From an uncultured Fidelibacterota bacterium (GTDB lineage: Bacteria; Fidelibacterota; Marinisomatia; Marinisomatales; Marinisomataceae), in the NCBI GenBank assembly GCA_902578385.1, contig CACHCR010000005.1, positions 2,707 to 66,706 of the forward strand: a stretch of DNA of 64,000 nt, written 5' to 3'. The translations under genes were made by a program, and so were the position numbers. The notes beneath the pieces were generated by a model. The model was not told where the DNA came from. It was given only the letters and a program-made list of their open reading frames with translations, and did not search any database. Shown here piece after piece: positions 18,203-27,619 of this stretch (position 1 is the stretch's first letter; every line of letters begins with the position of its first letter).

Positions 18203-20605
18203 ATGAAAAACTATTTTAGTTTAATAATATTAATAAGTGCACTATTTGCACAAAACGAAGTGGCAGAATCTGATTCATTGAATCCGATTTCACTTGAAGG
18301 TGTTGAAGTTTATTCATCTTTAAGAAGTGTCAATGAAGGTGATCTTGCTGCTTCTGCTATTATTTTTAATGATGAATTAAAAGTAATGGAAGGACAACAC
18401 TTTAGTGACTTACTTTTAAAAGTCCCTAATTTGAATTATGCTGGTGGTACTTCTAGACCAAGATATTTTCAAATTAGAGGTGAAGGTTCTGTTAGCAGAT
18501 ATGCAGACCAAGGACCTCCAAGTCCTTACGTTGGATTAGTTTTGGATGGAATGGACCTATCTGAACTTGGAATGATTACACCATTATTTGATATGCAACA
18601 AGTTGAAGTATTAATGGGTGTTCAAACCAGTTTATTCGGTGCGTCAGCTTCAGGTTTAATAAACTTCAAAACAAACGACCCTACAGATGAAAAGGGTGGT
18701 TATGTTATGACTCAATTTGGTTCATACAATACCTATACCAATGGTCTTGTTTATAATTTGCCGTTTGAAAATGGATGGAAATTAAGACTTGTTGGTCATT
18801 CTAATGTATCAGATGGGTACAAAGAGAATGTTGCATTAGGTGATAACTATTCTTCTGCGGATAGAAATGAAACATCTTTAAGAGTTAAAATGCTTAAAGA
18901 AGGTGATTTAATTACTCAAAAATACACCATAATTCATTCTGATTTTGATAATGGTTATGATAATTGGGCACCAGATAATAATACCGACAACATTACGTAT
19001 TCTGATAATCCAGGAAAAGACAGTCAAAAGTCACAAATTTTTATCGCTGACTATAAATATGATTTAGGTGAGCAAATTGTAGACTTTAATATTGGAATGT
19101 CAAGTAATGAAACATTGCACAGTTACGATTCTGACTGGGGTAACTATGACTTCTGGCTTAACTTCGATGGTGATGACCATCATGAAGATGACCATGATGA
19201 TCATGGTGACGAGCATGGAGATGATGATCATGATGATGATCATGACGATGACCATGGAGATGATGACCATGATGATGACCATGACGATGACCACGATGAT
19301 TTTGATTACATGTCATATGATTTCTTTGATTCATTTGAAAGAGATATTGATACAAGAACAGTTGATTTAAGATTTAGATCAAACGTTAATGACAATAATA
19401 GAGTTGACTATGTTTTTGGATTGTATAATTCTACTTATGAAGAAACAACAGATGCTGCTGGATACGTTTTTGGCGGATCTGCTACTGGATTATCTACAGG
19501 GTATGATATTATTACAAAATCATTATATGGTGAACTAGCATATAATTTCAAAAATTCATCAACTTTAGCTGTTGGTTTCAGACATGAAGCAAGAGACATT
19601 GATTATTTTGATTTTGAAAATGCTAGCGGAAGTTTTGAGTTAGATGGCGACTGGAATACCTCATTCAAGGTTTCATATGAGATGCATCCAACAAGTAATC
19701 TTCATTGGTATATTTATGCTGCTGAAGGTTATCATCCGGCAGGAATTAATCAAAATCCATATTTAGATCTTGAAGACAAGACTTACGATGATGAAATCTA
19801 TACTGATGTAACAACTGGAATTAGATGGTATACTGATAACATTAAATTGACAACTTCATTGTTCTACTTAGAACATGATGGACACATCTTTGAAGCAACT
19901 GAACAATTAGATCCAGCAAATCCTAATGCTTTTGCATTTTTTAAACAAAATGCAGATTCAGGATATGAATATGGAACTGAAACTCATGGTCAATTTCAAT
20001 TTTCAGATAAATTATCTATGGGCTTAACTTTAGGTTATATGAGTTCTGAAATTCATTTTGGAGACCATGATGACCACGGTGGACATGATGACCATGGAGA
20101 CGATCATGATGATCACGGAGATGATGACCATGATGATGACCATGACGATGACCATGATGATGACCATGGAGATGATGACCATGATGACCATGGAGATGAT
20201 GACCATGACGACCATGGAGACGATCATGATGATCATGGTGGACATGAAGGACATGCCGATCACGGACAAAAAGCTCATGCTCCAAATTGGAATTATAGCT
20301 TATCATTTAACTATAATTTCACTGAAGATAGTTCATTGATGGTTGAAATTGCAGGTAAAGATTCATTTGTCTTTGATTCAATGCATGATGAATATGAGTC
20401 TGAACCATATCATTTATTAAATGCTTATTACTCGCATTCATTTAATGATCTAAGGTTAGGATTCTACGCTAAAAACATCCTTGATGAGTCTTATGCTGAT
20501 CGTGGATTTATTATGGCGTTAGAACCTCCTCATTTCCATGAGGAACTATATAAATCATTTGGCCCTCCAAGAGAAATTGGAATGTCATTAACATATAGTT
20601 TCTAA
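18203..20605 (+). CDS. TonB-dependent receptor with two His/Asp-rich insertions (putative metal uptake)
   Basis: Signal peptide, TonB-box-like LEGVEVYS, plug PNLNYAGGTSRPRYFQIRG, KNILDESY, terminal LTYSF; SD TAGGAG. Confidence 0.92.
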   Translation: MKNYFSLIILISALFAQNEVAESDSLNPISLEGVEVYSSLRSVNEGDLAASAIIFNDELKVMEGQHFSDLLLKVPNLNYAGGTSRPRYFQIRGEGSVSRYADQGPPSPYVGLVLDGMDLSELGMITPLFDMQQVEVLMGVQTSLFGASASGLINFKTNDPTDEKGGYVMTQFGSYNTYTNGLVYNLPFENGWKLRLVGHSNVSDGYKENVALGDNYSSADRNETSLRVKMLKEGDLITQKYTIIHSDFDNGYDNWAPDNNTDNITYSDNPGKDSQKSQIFIADYKYDLGEQIVDFNIGMSSNETLHSYDSDWGNYDFWLNFDGDDHHEDDHDDHGDEHGDDDHDDDHDDDHGDDDHDDDHDDDHDDFDYMSYDFFDSFERDIDTRTVDLRFRSNVNDNNRVDYVFGLYNSTYEETTDAAGYVFGGSATGLSTGYDIITKSLYGELAYNFKNSSTLAVGFRHEARDIDYFDFENASGSFELDGDWNTSFKVSYEMHPTSNLHWYIYAAEGYHPAGINQNPYLDLEDKTYDDEIYTDVTTGIRWYTDNIKLTTSLFYLEHDGHIFEATEQLDPANPNAFAFFKQNADSGYEYGTETHGQFQFSDKLSMGLTLGYMSSEIHFGDHDDHGGHDDHGDDHDDHGDDDHDDDHDDDHDDDHGDDDHDDHGDDDHDDHGDDHDDHGGHEGHADHGQKAHAPNWNYSLSFNYNFTEDSSLMVEIAGKDSFVFDSMHDEYESEPYHLLNAYYSHSFNDLRLGFYAKNILDESYADRGFIMALEPPHFHEELYKSFGPPREIGMSLTYSF
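19166..19300 (+). repeat. Coding tandem repeat, (G)D2-3H units, tract 1
   Basis: GAT/GAC/CAT codon repeats encoding 11 His in about 45 residues. Confidence 0.95.
20054..20278 (+). repeat. Coding tandem repeat, (G)D2-3H units, tract 2
   Basis: About 75 residues with about 21 His. Confidence 0.95.
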
Positions 20606-20615
20606 CATCTTATTT

Positions 20616-20653
20616 TCATAATTTAGCGGGTATTATTGCCCGCTAAATTATGA
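20616..20653. promoter_or_regulatory. 15-bp perfect inverted repeat overlapping the polA start codon
   Basis: TCATAATTTAGCGGG-TATTATTG-CCCGCTAAATTATGA. Confidence 0.7.
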
Positions 20654-23364
20654 GTTCAACAAAACAAAAAAGATTATTCATTATTGATGGTTATGCTACC
20701 TTATATCGAGCGCATTACGCATTAATTAGAAATCCACTTACTAATTCTGCAGGAACTCCAACAAGCGCTATTTTTGGTTTTGCAAATCAAGTTTTTCAAT
20801 TGATTGAAGAGGAAAAACCAGATTATTTAGTAGCTGCATTTGATTCTAAAGGTAAAAATTTTAGACATAAAATTTTCGAAGAATACAAAGCTAATCGATC
20901 TGAAATGCCAGATGAAATACAGACTCAATTACCTTATTTATGGACGCTTCTTCAAGGAATGAATATTCCTGTTTTAAGAGTAGATGGCGTTGAAGCTGAT
21001 GATATTATTGGAACTGTTGCTAAGCAATGTAGTGATAATGGCTTACAGTGTAATATTGTTAGTGGTGATAAAGATTTTATGCAATTAATTGATGATTCAA
21101 CATTCCTATATGCTCCTCAAGCTAGAAAAAGAGAAAAAGAAATATTTGATGTTAATAAAGTTGTAGAAAAATGGGGAGTAGGTCCTGAAAATATCATTGA
21201 TTTGCTTGGTCTTATGGGAGATAGCTCTGATAATGTTCCAGGCGTCCAAGGAGTTGGCCCAAAAACAGCTATGAAGCTTATTCAAGAGCACGGAAATATT
21301 GAGAATATTTATGAAAACATAGATTCTATTAAAAATGAAAAAATGAAAGATAAATTACTTTCAGATAAGGATAATGCTTTATTAAGTAAACAGCTTGTAA
21401 CCATTCTTACAGATGTAAATATTGATTCATCTGTAGAAGATTTCGTAATCAAGGAAATGAATACATCAAAACTTGAGGATATTTTCAAAGAGTTGGAGTT
21501 TTCTGGATTGCTTAAAAAAATTGGATCTACTGAAACCATTGAACAAAAATCAGTAAATAGAAAGAAAGATTATAAGAACATTCTAAATCTAGAAGATTTG
21601 ATTGGTTTTGTTGAGTCGCTTGAGCAGGGTAAATGGTTGTCAGTTGATTTAGAGACTACCTCTGTGAATCCGATGGCAGCTGAAATTGTTGGATTTAGTT
21701 TTTCAACAAAGAAAGATACTGGATTTTATGTTCCAATTTTATTTAAAGATAAGAAAGAAAATTTATTTGGGAACAACGATTTAGAAGAAGCAATTAGAAT
21801 ATTAAAACCATATTTAGAAGATGAAAATATTCCAAAAACAGGACAAAATATTAAGTACGACGCTCTTATTATGAAGCGTTTTGGAATTGATCTTAAAGGT
21901 ATTGAATTTGATACTATGATTGCTGCACATTTACTTAACCCAAACGCTAGGTCATACAAGCTTGATAATTTATCGTTAGCTCATTTGAACTATAAAATGG
22001 TACCGATTAAAGACTTAATAGGAGTTGGAAAAAATCAAATTACCATGGACCAAGTTTCTTTAGATGATATATCTTTTTATGCTGCAGAAGATGCAGATGT
22101 TGTTATTGAATTAACTGAAATTTTTATGAAAGATTTAAAAAAACAAAAATTATTTAATTATTTCAAGTCCATAGAAATTGATTTATTACCTGTGCTTATA
22201 GATATGCAATTTAATGGTATTTTTATTGATAAAGACTACTTGGAAAACAGATCCAATGAGATTGGCAAAAAAATTGAGTCATTGGAATCAGAAATAATTG
22301 ATTTGGCTAGTGAAGAGTTTAATCTTAACTCATCGCAACAGCTTGCTGTGATACTTTTTGACAAATTAAAACTTCCAATGATTAAAAAAAGGTCTACTGC
22401 AGAAGCTGTTTTAAGTGAGTTGAAGGATAAACATCCTTTACCAGAGCTAATTCTTTCTTACAGAAAGTTGTATAAGTTAAAAAATACCTATTTAGACCCA
22501 TTACCATCTTATATTATTTCTGATACTCAGCGAGTTCATTCATCGTTCAATCAAACAATGACTGCAACAGGAAGATTATCTACAAGCAGTCCAAATTTTC
22601 AAAACATACCAATTAGAACTGAGGATGGTAAAGAAATAAGGAAAGCAATTAAAGCACAATCAAATGAGTATCAAATTTTCTCCGCGGATTATTCACAAGT
22701 AGAATTAAGAGTAATGGCGCATCTTAGTGGAGATGCATCATTAATTTCTGCATTAAATAATGGCGAGGATATACATACTTTTACTGCAAAAAATATTTTT
22801 AATGTAGATAATGATGATATGGTTCTTCCAGAAATGAGAAGGATAGCTAAAATTGTAAATTTTGGAATCATGTATGGAGCAGGTCCATTTAGATTAAGTC
22901 AAGAACTTGACATTCCATTTGGAGAAGCAAAGCAAATTAAAGATGCATATTTCAATAAATATAAAGGAATTGAAGAATATATTGAAAATTCTAAGCTTCA
23001 GATTAAAGAAACTAAATCTGTTGAAACTTTGCTAGGAAGAAAGAGAGCTGTTTGGGACTCAGATAGTCAAAATAAAATTCGAAGAGATGCTGCTGAGCGA
23101 ATGGCAATTAATATGCCAATTCAAGGAACTGCCGCAGAAATGATTAAATTGGCTATGATAAAAATTCATCGTCAAATGAATAAAGAAAATTTAAAATCTA
23201 AACTCATCATGCAAATTCATGATGAGTTGTTATTAGAAGTCCACCAAGATGAAATTGATTATATTTCAAAGATGGTAATTGAACATATGAGAGATGCTAT
23301 GAAGCTTGATGTTCCAATTGAAATAGATTTTGGCGTTGGTCCTTCATGGTATGAGGCGCATTAA
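20650..23364 (+). CDS. polA: DNA polymerase I
   Basis: 5'-exonuclease (IIDG..YRAHYA, EADD, GDSSDN), 3'-5' exonuclease (DLET), motifs A DYSQVELR, B RRIAKIVNFGIMYG, C QIHDEL. Confidence 0.99.
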   Translation: MSSTKQKRLFIIDGYATLYRAHYALIRNPLTNSAGTPTSAIFGFANQVFQLIEEEKPDYLVAAFDSKGKNFRHKIFEEYKANRSEMPDEIQTQLPYLWTLLQGMNIPVLRVDGVEADDIIGTVAKQCSDNGLQCNIVSGDKDFMQLIDDSTFLYAPQARKREKEIFDVNKVVEKWGVGPENIIDLLGLMGDSSDNVPGVQGVGPKTAMKLIQEHGNIENIYENIDSIKNEKMKDKLLSDKDNALLSKQLVTILTDVNIDSSVEDFVIKEMNTSKLEDIFKELEFSGLLKKIGSTETIEQKSVNRKKDYKNILNLEDLIGFVESLEQGKWLSVDLETTSVNPMAAEIVGFSFSTKKDTGFYVPILFKDKKENLFGNNDLEEAIRILKPYLEDENIPKTGQNIKYDALIMKRFGIDLKGIEFDTMIAAHLLNPNARSYKLDNLSLAHLNYKMVPIKDLIGVGKNQITMDQVSLDDISFYAAEDADVVIELTEIFMKDLKKQKLFNYFKSIEIDLLPVLIDMQFNGIFIDKDYLENRSNEIGKKIESLESEIIDLASEEFNLNSSQQLAVILFDKLKLPMIKKRSTAEAVLSELKDKHPLPELILSYRKLYKLKNTYLDPLPSYIISDTQRVHSSFNQTMTATGRLSTSSPNFQNIPIRTEDGKEIRKAIKAQSNEYQIFSADYSQVELRVMAHLSGDASLISALNNGEDIHTFTAKNIFNVDNDDMVLPEMRRIAKIVNFGIMYGAGPFRLSQELDIPFGEAKQIKDAYFNKYKGIEEYIENSKLQIKETKSVETLLGRKRAVWDSDSQNKIRRDAAERMAINMPIQGTAAEMIKLAMIKIHRQMNKENLKSKLIMQIHDELLLEVHQDEIDYISKMVIEHMRDAMKLDVPIEIDFGVGPSWYEAH

Positions 23365-24461
23365 TGAGTTATTTAGGTCCAAAAGTTCATATTGATTTAC
23401 ACCAGCTGAAAAAAAACTATCAATTAGTTAAGAATGAGGTTGGCGAAATTCCTATTATGGCTACTGTTAAGGCAAATGCTTATGGTCATGGAGCTGTTAA
23501 AGTATCAAAAGCTCTCGAGGAAGAAGGAGTGAGGTATTTAGCTGTATTCACAATTGATGAAGGAATTGAATTGCGAGATGCTGGTATTAAAACAGATATC
23601 TTTATTTATGCAAAATTTGATCCTACAAGAATTGAAGAAGCTTCAAAGTATAACTTAACTTTAAATATTTCATCTTTTGATGATTTGAAAGCGCTTAAAG
23701 CGCATAACGGAAATGCTGTCAAAGTTCATTTAAAGATAGATACAGGCATGACAAGATTAGGAGTCCCTTTAGAGCAAGCAGAAGCATTTTTAAAGGAAGC
23801 AAATCAGCTCAATAGCATTGAATTGGAAGGATTGTATTCTCATTTTGCCACTGCAGATGAAGGAGACCTTTCTTATGCTAATAGTCAGCTTAGTAAGTTT
23901 AATGAGGTTGTAAAAATTGCAAAAAAATTAGATATATATCCTACTTTTATTCATTGTAGTAACAGTGGAGCCATTTTAAATGTAAAAGAATCCAGATTTA
24001 ATATGGTAAGAGCTGGAATGCTTCTTTATGGAGCTTTTCCTTCAGATGAAGTTCCACAAGAACTTCCGATAAAACCAGTGATGACTTTTACTGCTCCTGT
24101 TGTTGAAATTAGAGATGTTAAAGCAGGAACCCATATCAGCTATGGTGGAGTCTATACTACCAAATCAGATACTCGCATTGCTGTTGTACAAGCTGGTTTT
24201 GCTGATGGAGTACCTCGTCCTTGGTATATTGATGGTTTTGTAAAGTTCAAGGATCAGAATTTTAAAATTACTGGAAGAATCTGTATGGATCAGTTAATGA
24301 TAGATATTGGATCAGCTGATATTCAATATGGAGATGAAGTTTTAATTTTTGGGTCAAATGAACACGGAAGTATTGATATTAATCACATTGCAAAAAAAAT
24401 TGATTCCACGTCTTATGTTTTAGTTACTGCTATTGGTATTCGCCCTAAAAGAGTTTATTAA
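23364..24461 (+). CDS. alr: Alanine racemase
   Basis: VKANAYGHG, KIDTGMTRLG, SHFATAD, GRICMDQ. Confidence 0.97.
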   Translation: MSYLGPKVHIDLHQLKKNYQLVKNEVGEIPIMATVKANAYGHGAVKVSKALEEEGVRYLAVFTIDEGIELRDAGIKTDIFIYAKFDPTRIEEASKYNLTLNISSFDDLKALKAHNGNAVKVHLKIDTGMTRLGVPLEQAEAFLKEANQLNSIELEGLYSHFATADEGDLSYANSQLSKFNEVVKIAKKLDIYPTFIHCSNSGAILNVKESRFNMVRAGMLLYGAFPSDEVPQELPIKPVMTFTAPVVEIRDVKAGTHISYGGVYTTKSDTRIAVVQAGFADGVPRPWYIDGFVKFKDQNFKITGRICMDQLMIDIGSADIQYGDEVLIFGSNEHGSIDINHIAKKIDSTSYVLVTAIGIRPKRVY

Positions 24462-24607
24462 TTCGAGGAGCAAACTAAGCCTAACCAAGGGTAAGAGAAA
24501 GGAATTAAGAGGTAATTTTAAACTTTAACTTGCTCCTCATTAATACTTATGTTTTTTTTAAAAAAAAGTTCCTCCTTTTTCTATTTATAGTTATTATACA
24601 AACAGAT

Positions 24608-24681
<74 letters not shown>

Positions 24682-24711
24682 CTAACCTCCAAATGAAAAA
24701 GGATACAAATA

Positions 24712-25920
24712 ATGAAATTGTACAAATTTTTTTCAATCGCTCTTTCAACACTACTAATTATGAATTGTAATTCCAATAATGATGAACAGTTGATGGAAAA
24801 AGCTAAAGAATTATCTCAAAAATTTATTATTACAGATGGTCATATTGATACTCCATGGAGAATGCATAAGTGGGGATATGAAGATATTTCAAAAAGGTCT
24901 CCAGGTGACTTTGATTATGTAAGAGCAAAAGAAGGTGGATTAGATGTTCCTTTTATGGCTATTTATGTTCCTGCAACTTACCAAGTAACTGGTGGGGCAA
25001 AAGAAAAAGCAGAAGAGTTAATTGCTATTGTTGAAAGAATAGTTTCTGATCACCCAGATAAATTTGAGATTGCCCATAGTCCTGAAGAAGCTGAAAGAAT
25101 TGTATCTGAAGGAAAAATAGCATTACCAATGGGTATGGAAAACGGAGCTCCGCTGGAAGAAGATTTATCTAACGTTCAATATTTTCATGATAAAGGTATT
25201 AGCTACATTACGCTCACGCATTCAGAAGATAATTTAATTTGTGACTCTTCATACAATCTAGGAGAACGTACACATAATGGTCTAAGTGCTTATGGAAGAG
25301 AGGTTGTCAAAGAAATGAATCGTGTAGGTATTATGGTAGATATTTCACACGTTTCTGATGATGCATTTTATCAAGTCATGGATGTTACTCAAGTTCCAGC
25401 AATTGCTTCACATTCATCATGTAGGCACTTTACTCCTGATTGGGAAAGAAATATGGATGATAATATGATTAAAAGACTTGCAGAGAATGGAGGAGTTGTC
25501 CAAATAAATTTTGCGTCATATTTTGTTGATCAAGCATCAAAAGATACCAAAGCTCCAATTGATGCTGATGTAGCAAAGTATATTAAAGATAATAATTTAG
25601 ATCCAACTGATTATGCTTCTTATGACGAATATAGAAGGGAGCAATACGATAAAAGATTTTTATATGTTAGCTCTGAAAAAGTTGCTGATCATATTGATCA
25701 TGTTGTCAATTTAGTTGGTATTGACCATGTGGGTTTTGGTTCTGATTTTGACGGAGTTGGTTATACACTTCCAACTGATTTAAAAGGCCCAGAAGGGTTT
25801 CCTATGGTTATTTTTCATCTTCTTAAAAGAGGATATACTGAAGAGGAAATTGAAAAAATTTGCTATAAGAATGTATGGAGAGTATGGAAAGCAACTGAAG
25901 AGTTTGCTAAACTTAACTAA
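24712..25920 (+). CDS. Membrane dipeptidase (peptidase M19), probable lipoprotein
   Basis: DGHIDTP, GMENG, YITLTH, VDISH, ASHSS, GSDFDG; N-terminal signal with Cys. Confidence 0.93.
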   Translation: MKLYKFFSIALSTLLIMNCNSNNDEQLMEKAKELSQKFIITDGHIDTPWRMHKWGYEDISKRSPGDFDYVRAKEGGLDVPFMAIYVPATYQVTGGAKEKAEELIAIVERIVSDHPDKFEIAHSPEEAERIVSEGKIALPMGMENGAPLEEDLSNVQYFHDKGISYITLTHSEDNLICDSSYNLGERTHNGLSAYGREVVKEMNRVGIMVDISHVSDDAFYQVMDVTQVPAIASHSSCRHFTPDWERNMDDNMIKRLAENGGVVQINFASYFVDQASKDTKAPIDADVAKYIKDNNLDPTDYASYDEYRREQYDKRFLYVSSEKVADHIDHVVNLVGIDHVGFGSDFDGVGYTLPTDLKGPEGFPMVIFHLLKRGYTEEEIEKICYKNVWRVWKATEEFAKLN

Positions 25921-26656
25921 GTACTTGTCTTAATCTTTCAAATACTATAGCACTTACAGCAGTAGCAACATTTAAAGAATTCATTTCATGAGACATCGGG
26001 ATTGTTGCAAGAAAATCTGAATTTTTAAGTACTTGTTTGCTAATACCACTTCCTTCACCTCCAAAAATCAAAACAGATCTACCCTTCAAATCAATAGCAT
26101 ACCAATCTTTTGCTTCAATATTATTTTCAAAGCTTGTTATCCAAAAGTCATTGTCTTTGAAATGGCTTATAGCTTTATTGATATTTGTTACTGAAAATAA
26201 AGGAACTTTTGAGAACCCCCCTTGACTGACTTGAGCCACCGCACTTGTCATTGAAACACTATTTCTATCCGTAATAACAACTCCGTCAATATTTCCGCCA
26301 GCACAAATTCTTAAGATTTGCCCCAAGTTGTGAGGATCTTGAACCTGATCAAGAACAACAAAACAAGCTGTTTCATCTTCAACTGTCGGTAGTTCATGAA
26401 AGGTTTTAGCTTGAGCCTTAATAAAAATACCCTGTGCTCTATTATTATCAACATATTTCTTAAAACTTTCCGAATCAACTTTCTCAATAGAGTTTTGAGA
26501 TATATCACCTAATGCAGCATTAACTTTATCGCTATTGTCCGCGGGGGAATTTCTTTCAATGATTACTTGATTGACGTCAATAATTGATGATTTAATAGCA
26601 TCATGACATCCATTTATGCCAAAAACTGTTATTCTATGTTTTGTAAAACTATTCAT
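25913..26656 (-). CDS. rlmB: TrmH/SpoU-family rRNA methyltransferase (RlmB-like)
   Basis: LDQVQDPHNLG, GGEGSGI, IPM..MNSLNVATA; ATG at 26656 preferred to the track start. Confidence 0.85.
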   Translation of the reverse strand: MNSFTKHRITVFGINGCHDAIKSSIIDVNQVIIERNSPADNSDKVNAALGDISQNSIEKVDSESFKKYVDNNRAQGIFIKAQAKTFHELPTVEDETACFVVLDQVQDPHNLGQILRICAGGNIDGVVITDRNSVSMTSAVAQVSQGGFSKVPLFSVTNINKAISHFKDNDFWITSFENNIEAKDWYAIDLKGRSVLIFGGEGSGISKQVLKNSDFLATIPMSHEMNSLNVATAVSAIVFERLRQVLS

Positions 26657-26688
26657 AAAAATTTCTGTAAATTTTATAAACAATTTTA

Positions 26689-27087
26689 ATGATAAAAATT
26701 AAAGAATCAGAGTTACATTTTTCCTTTGTTAGATCTAGCGGGCCAGGGGGGCAACATGTCAATAAAGTCTCAACAGCTGTTCAATTAAAATATAATATAT
26801 ATGAATCAGATATTTCTGATGATATGAAGCAAAGATTTATATCTGCTTATGGAAAACGAATTTCAAAAAATGGATTTATTACAATTATTGCTCAATCTTT
26901 TAAATCTCAGAAAAAAAATAAAGATGATGCAATAAATAGATTAGAAAAATTATTTAACGATATTAAAATACAAGCAAGAAGAATTCCTACGAAACCTTCT
27001 AGGAGTTCTAAAGTAAAAAGAGTTGAAAATAAGAAAAAGAGATCACAGGTAAAAAAAAGTAGAATGAAGGTAAGTTTAGATGATTAA
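26689..27087 (+). CDS. arfB: Alternative ribosome rescue factor ArfB (YaeJ)
   Basis: RSSGPGGQHVNKVSTAV plus basic tail RRIPTKPSRSS. Confidence 0.95.
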   Translation: MIKIKESELHFSFVRSSGPGGQHVNKVSTAVQLKYNIYESDISDDMKQRFISAYGKRISKNGFITIIAQSFKSQKKNKDDAINRLEKLFNDIKIQARRIPTKPSRSSKVKRVENKKKRSQVKKSRMKVSLDD

Positions 27088-27619
27088 GTTAATTTTATCA
27101 CTATTATTGTTTGTAGGTCTTTATGGACAAGATGCCAGTGATGATATTTCAGACAATATTCAACCATTATTAGTTGAGGAATTATCTGATTTAGAATTAA
27201 TGCTAATTGCAAACATCAATACAAATGAAACCCTTGAAACTTTTTTTAAACTAGATGTGATAAATGAATCAATTAAACTTAATGCTCCAGAATACGATAG
27301 ATTTGCTCAAAAGAATAATACCGGTATGTTTTTTCCTGTAAATACTTCTACATCGCTCTATCTTGATGCTGGATTACCTGGTTGGGTTGAAGCAAGCAAA
27401 TATATTTCTAGTAATAACGATTCGTATTCAAGTGGTTTTTTTAATTCATCACTAGATAAGTTTACATATTACAACTCAAGAAAAGGTTTTTTTGATACAG
27501 ACAATTATTTTAAAGATCCATGGGATCAAAGATCACTGGACGATTATATTAGATATATTCACATGCCTCCGGTAATCAATCATTCAGAAATAAATACGAT
27601 TTATGATAGAAATAAATAA
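27080..27619 (+). CDS. Hypothetical secreted protein
   Basis: Signal peptide; overlaps both neighbours. Confidence 0.7.
   Translation: MIKLILSLLLFVGLYGQDASDDISDNIQPLLVEELSDLELMLIANINTNETLETFFKLDVINESIKLNAPEYDRFAQKNNTGMFFPVNTSTSLYLDAGLPGWVEASKYISSNNDSYSSGFFNSSLDKFTYYNSRKGFFDTDNYFKDPWDQRSLDDYIRYIHMPPVINHSEINTIYDRNK

Noticed and set aside
19092-19370. Met/Thr-rich alternative-frame ORF and antisense His-rich or Met/Ile/Val ORFs over repeat tract 1
   Set aside because: Automatic by-products of GAT/GAC/CAT repeats, which lack stops in other frames; no independent RBS or support
19166-20278. Possible CRISPR array or non-coding repeat
   Set aside because: Units are 9-15 nt, in frame within a CDS, with no unique spacers and no cas genes
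20016-20339. Equivalent shadow ORFs over repeat tract 2
   Set aside because: Same repeat artefact
24505-24540. Minus-strand micro-ORF MRSKLKFKITS
   Set aside because: Only 11 codons, and the nearest AGGAGG is about 30 nt from the ATG
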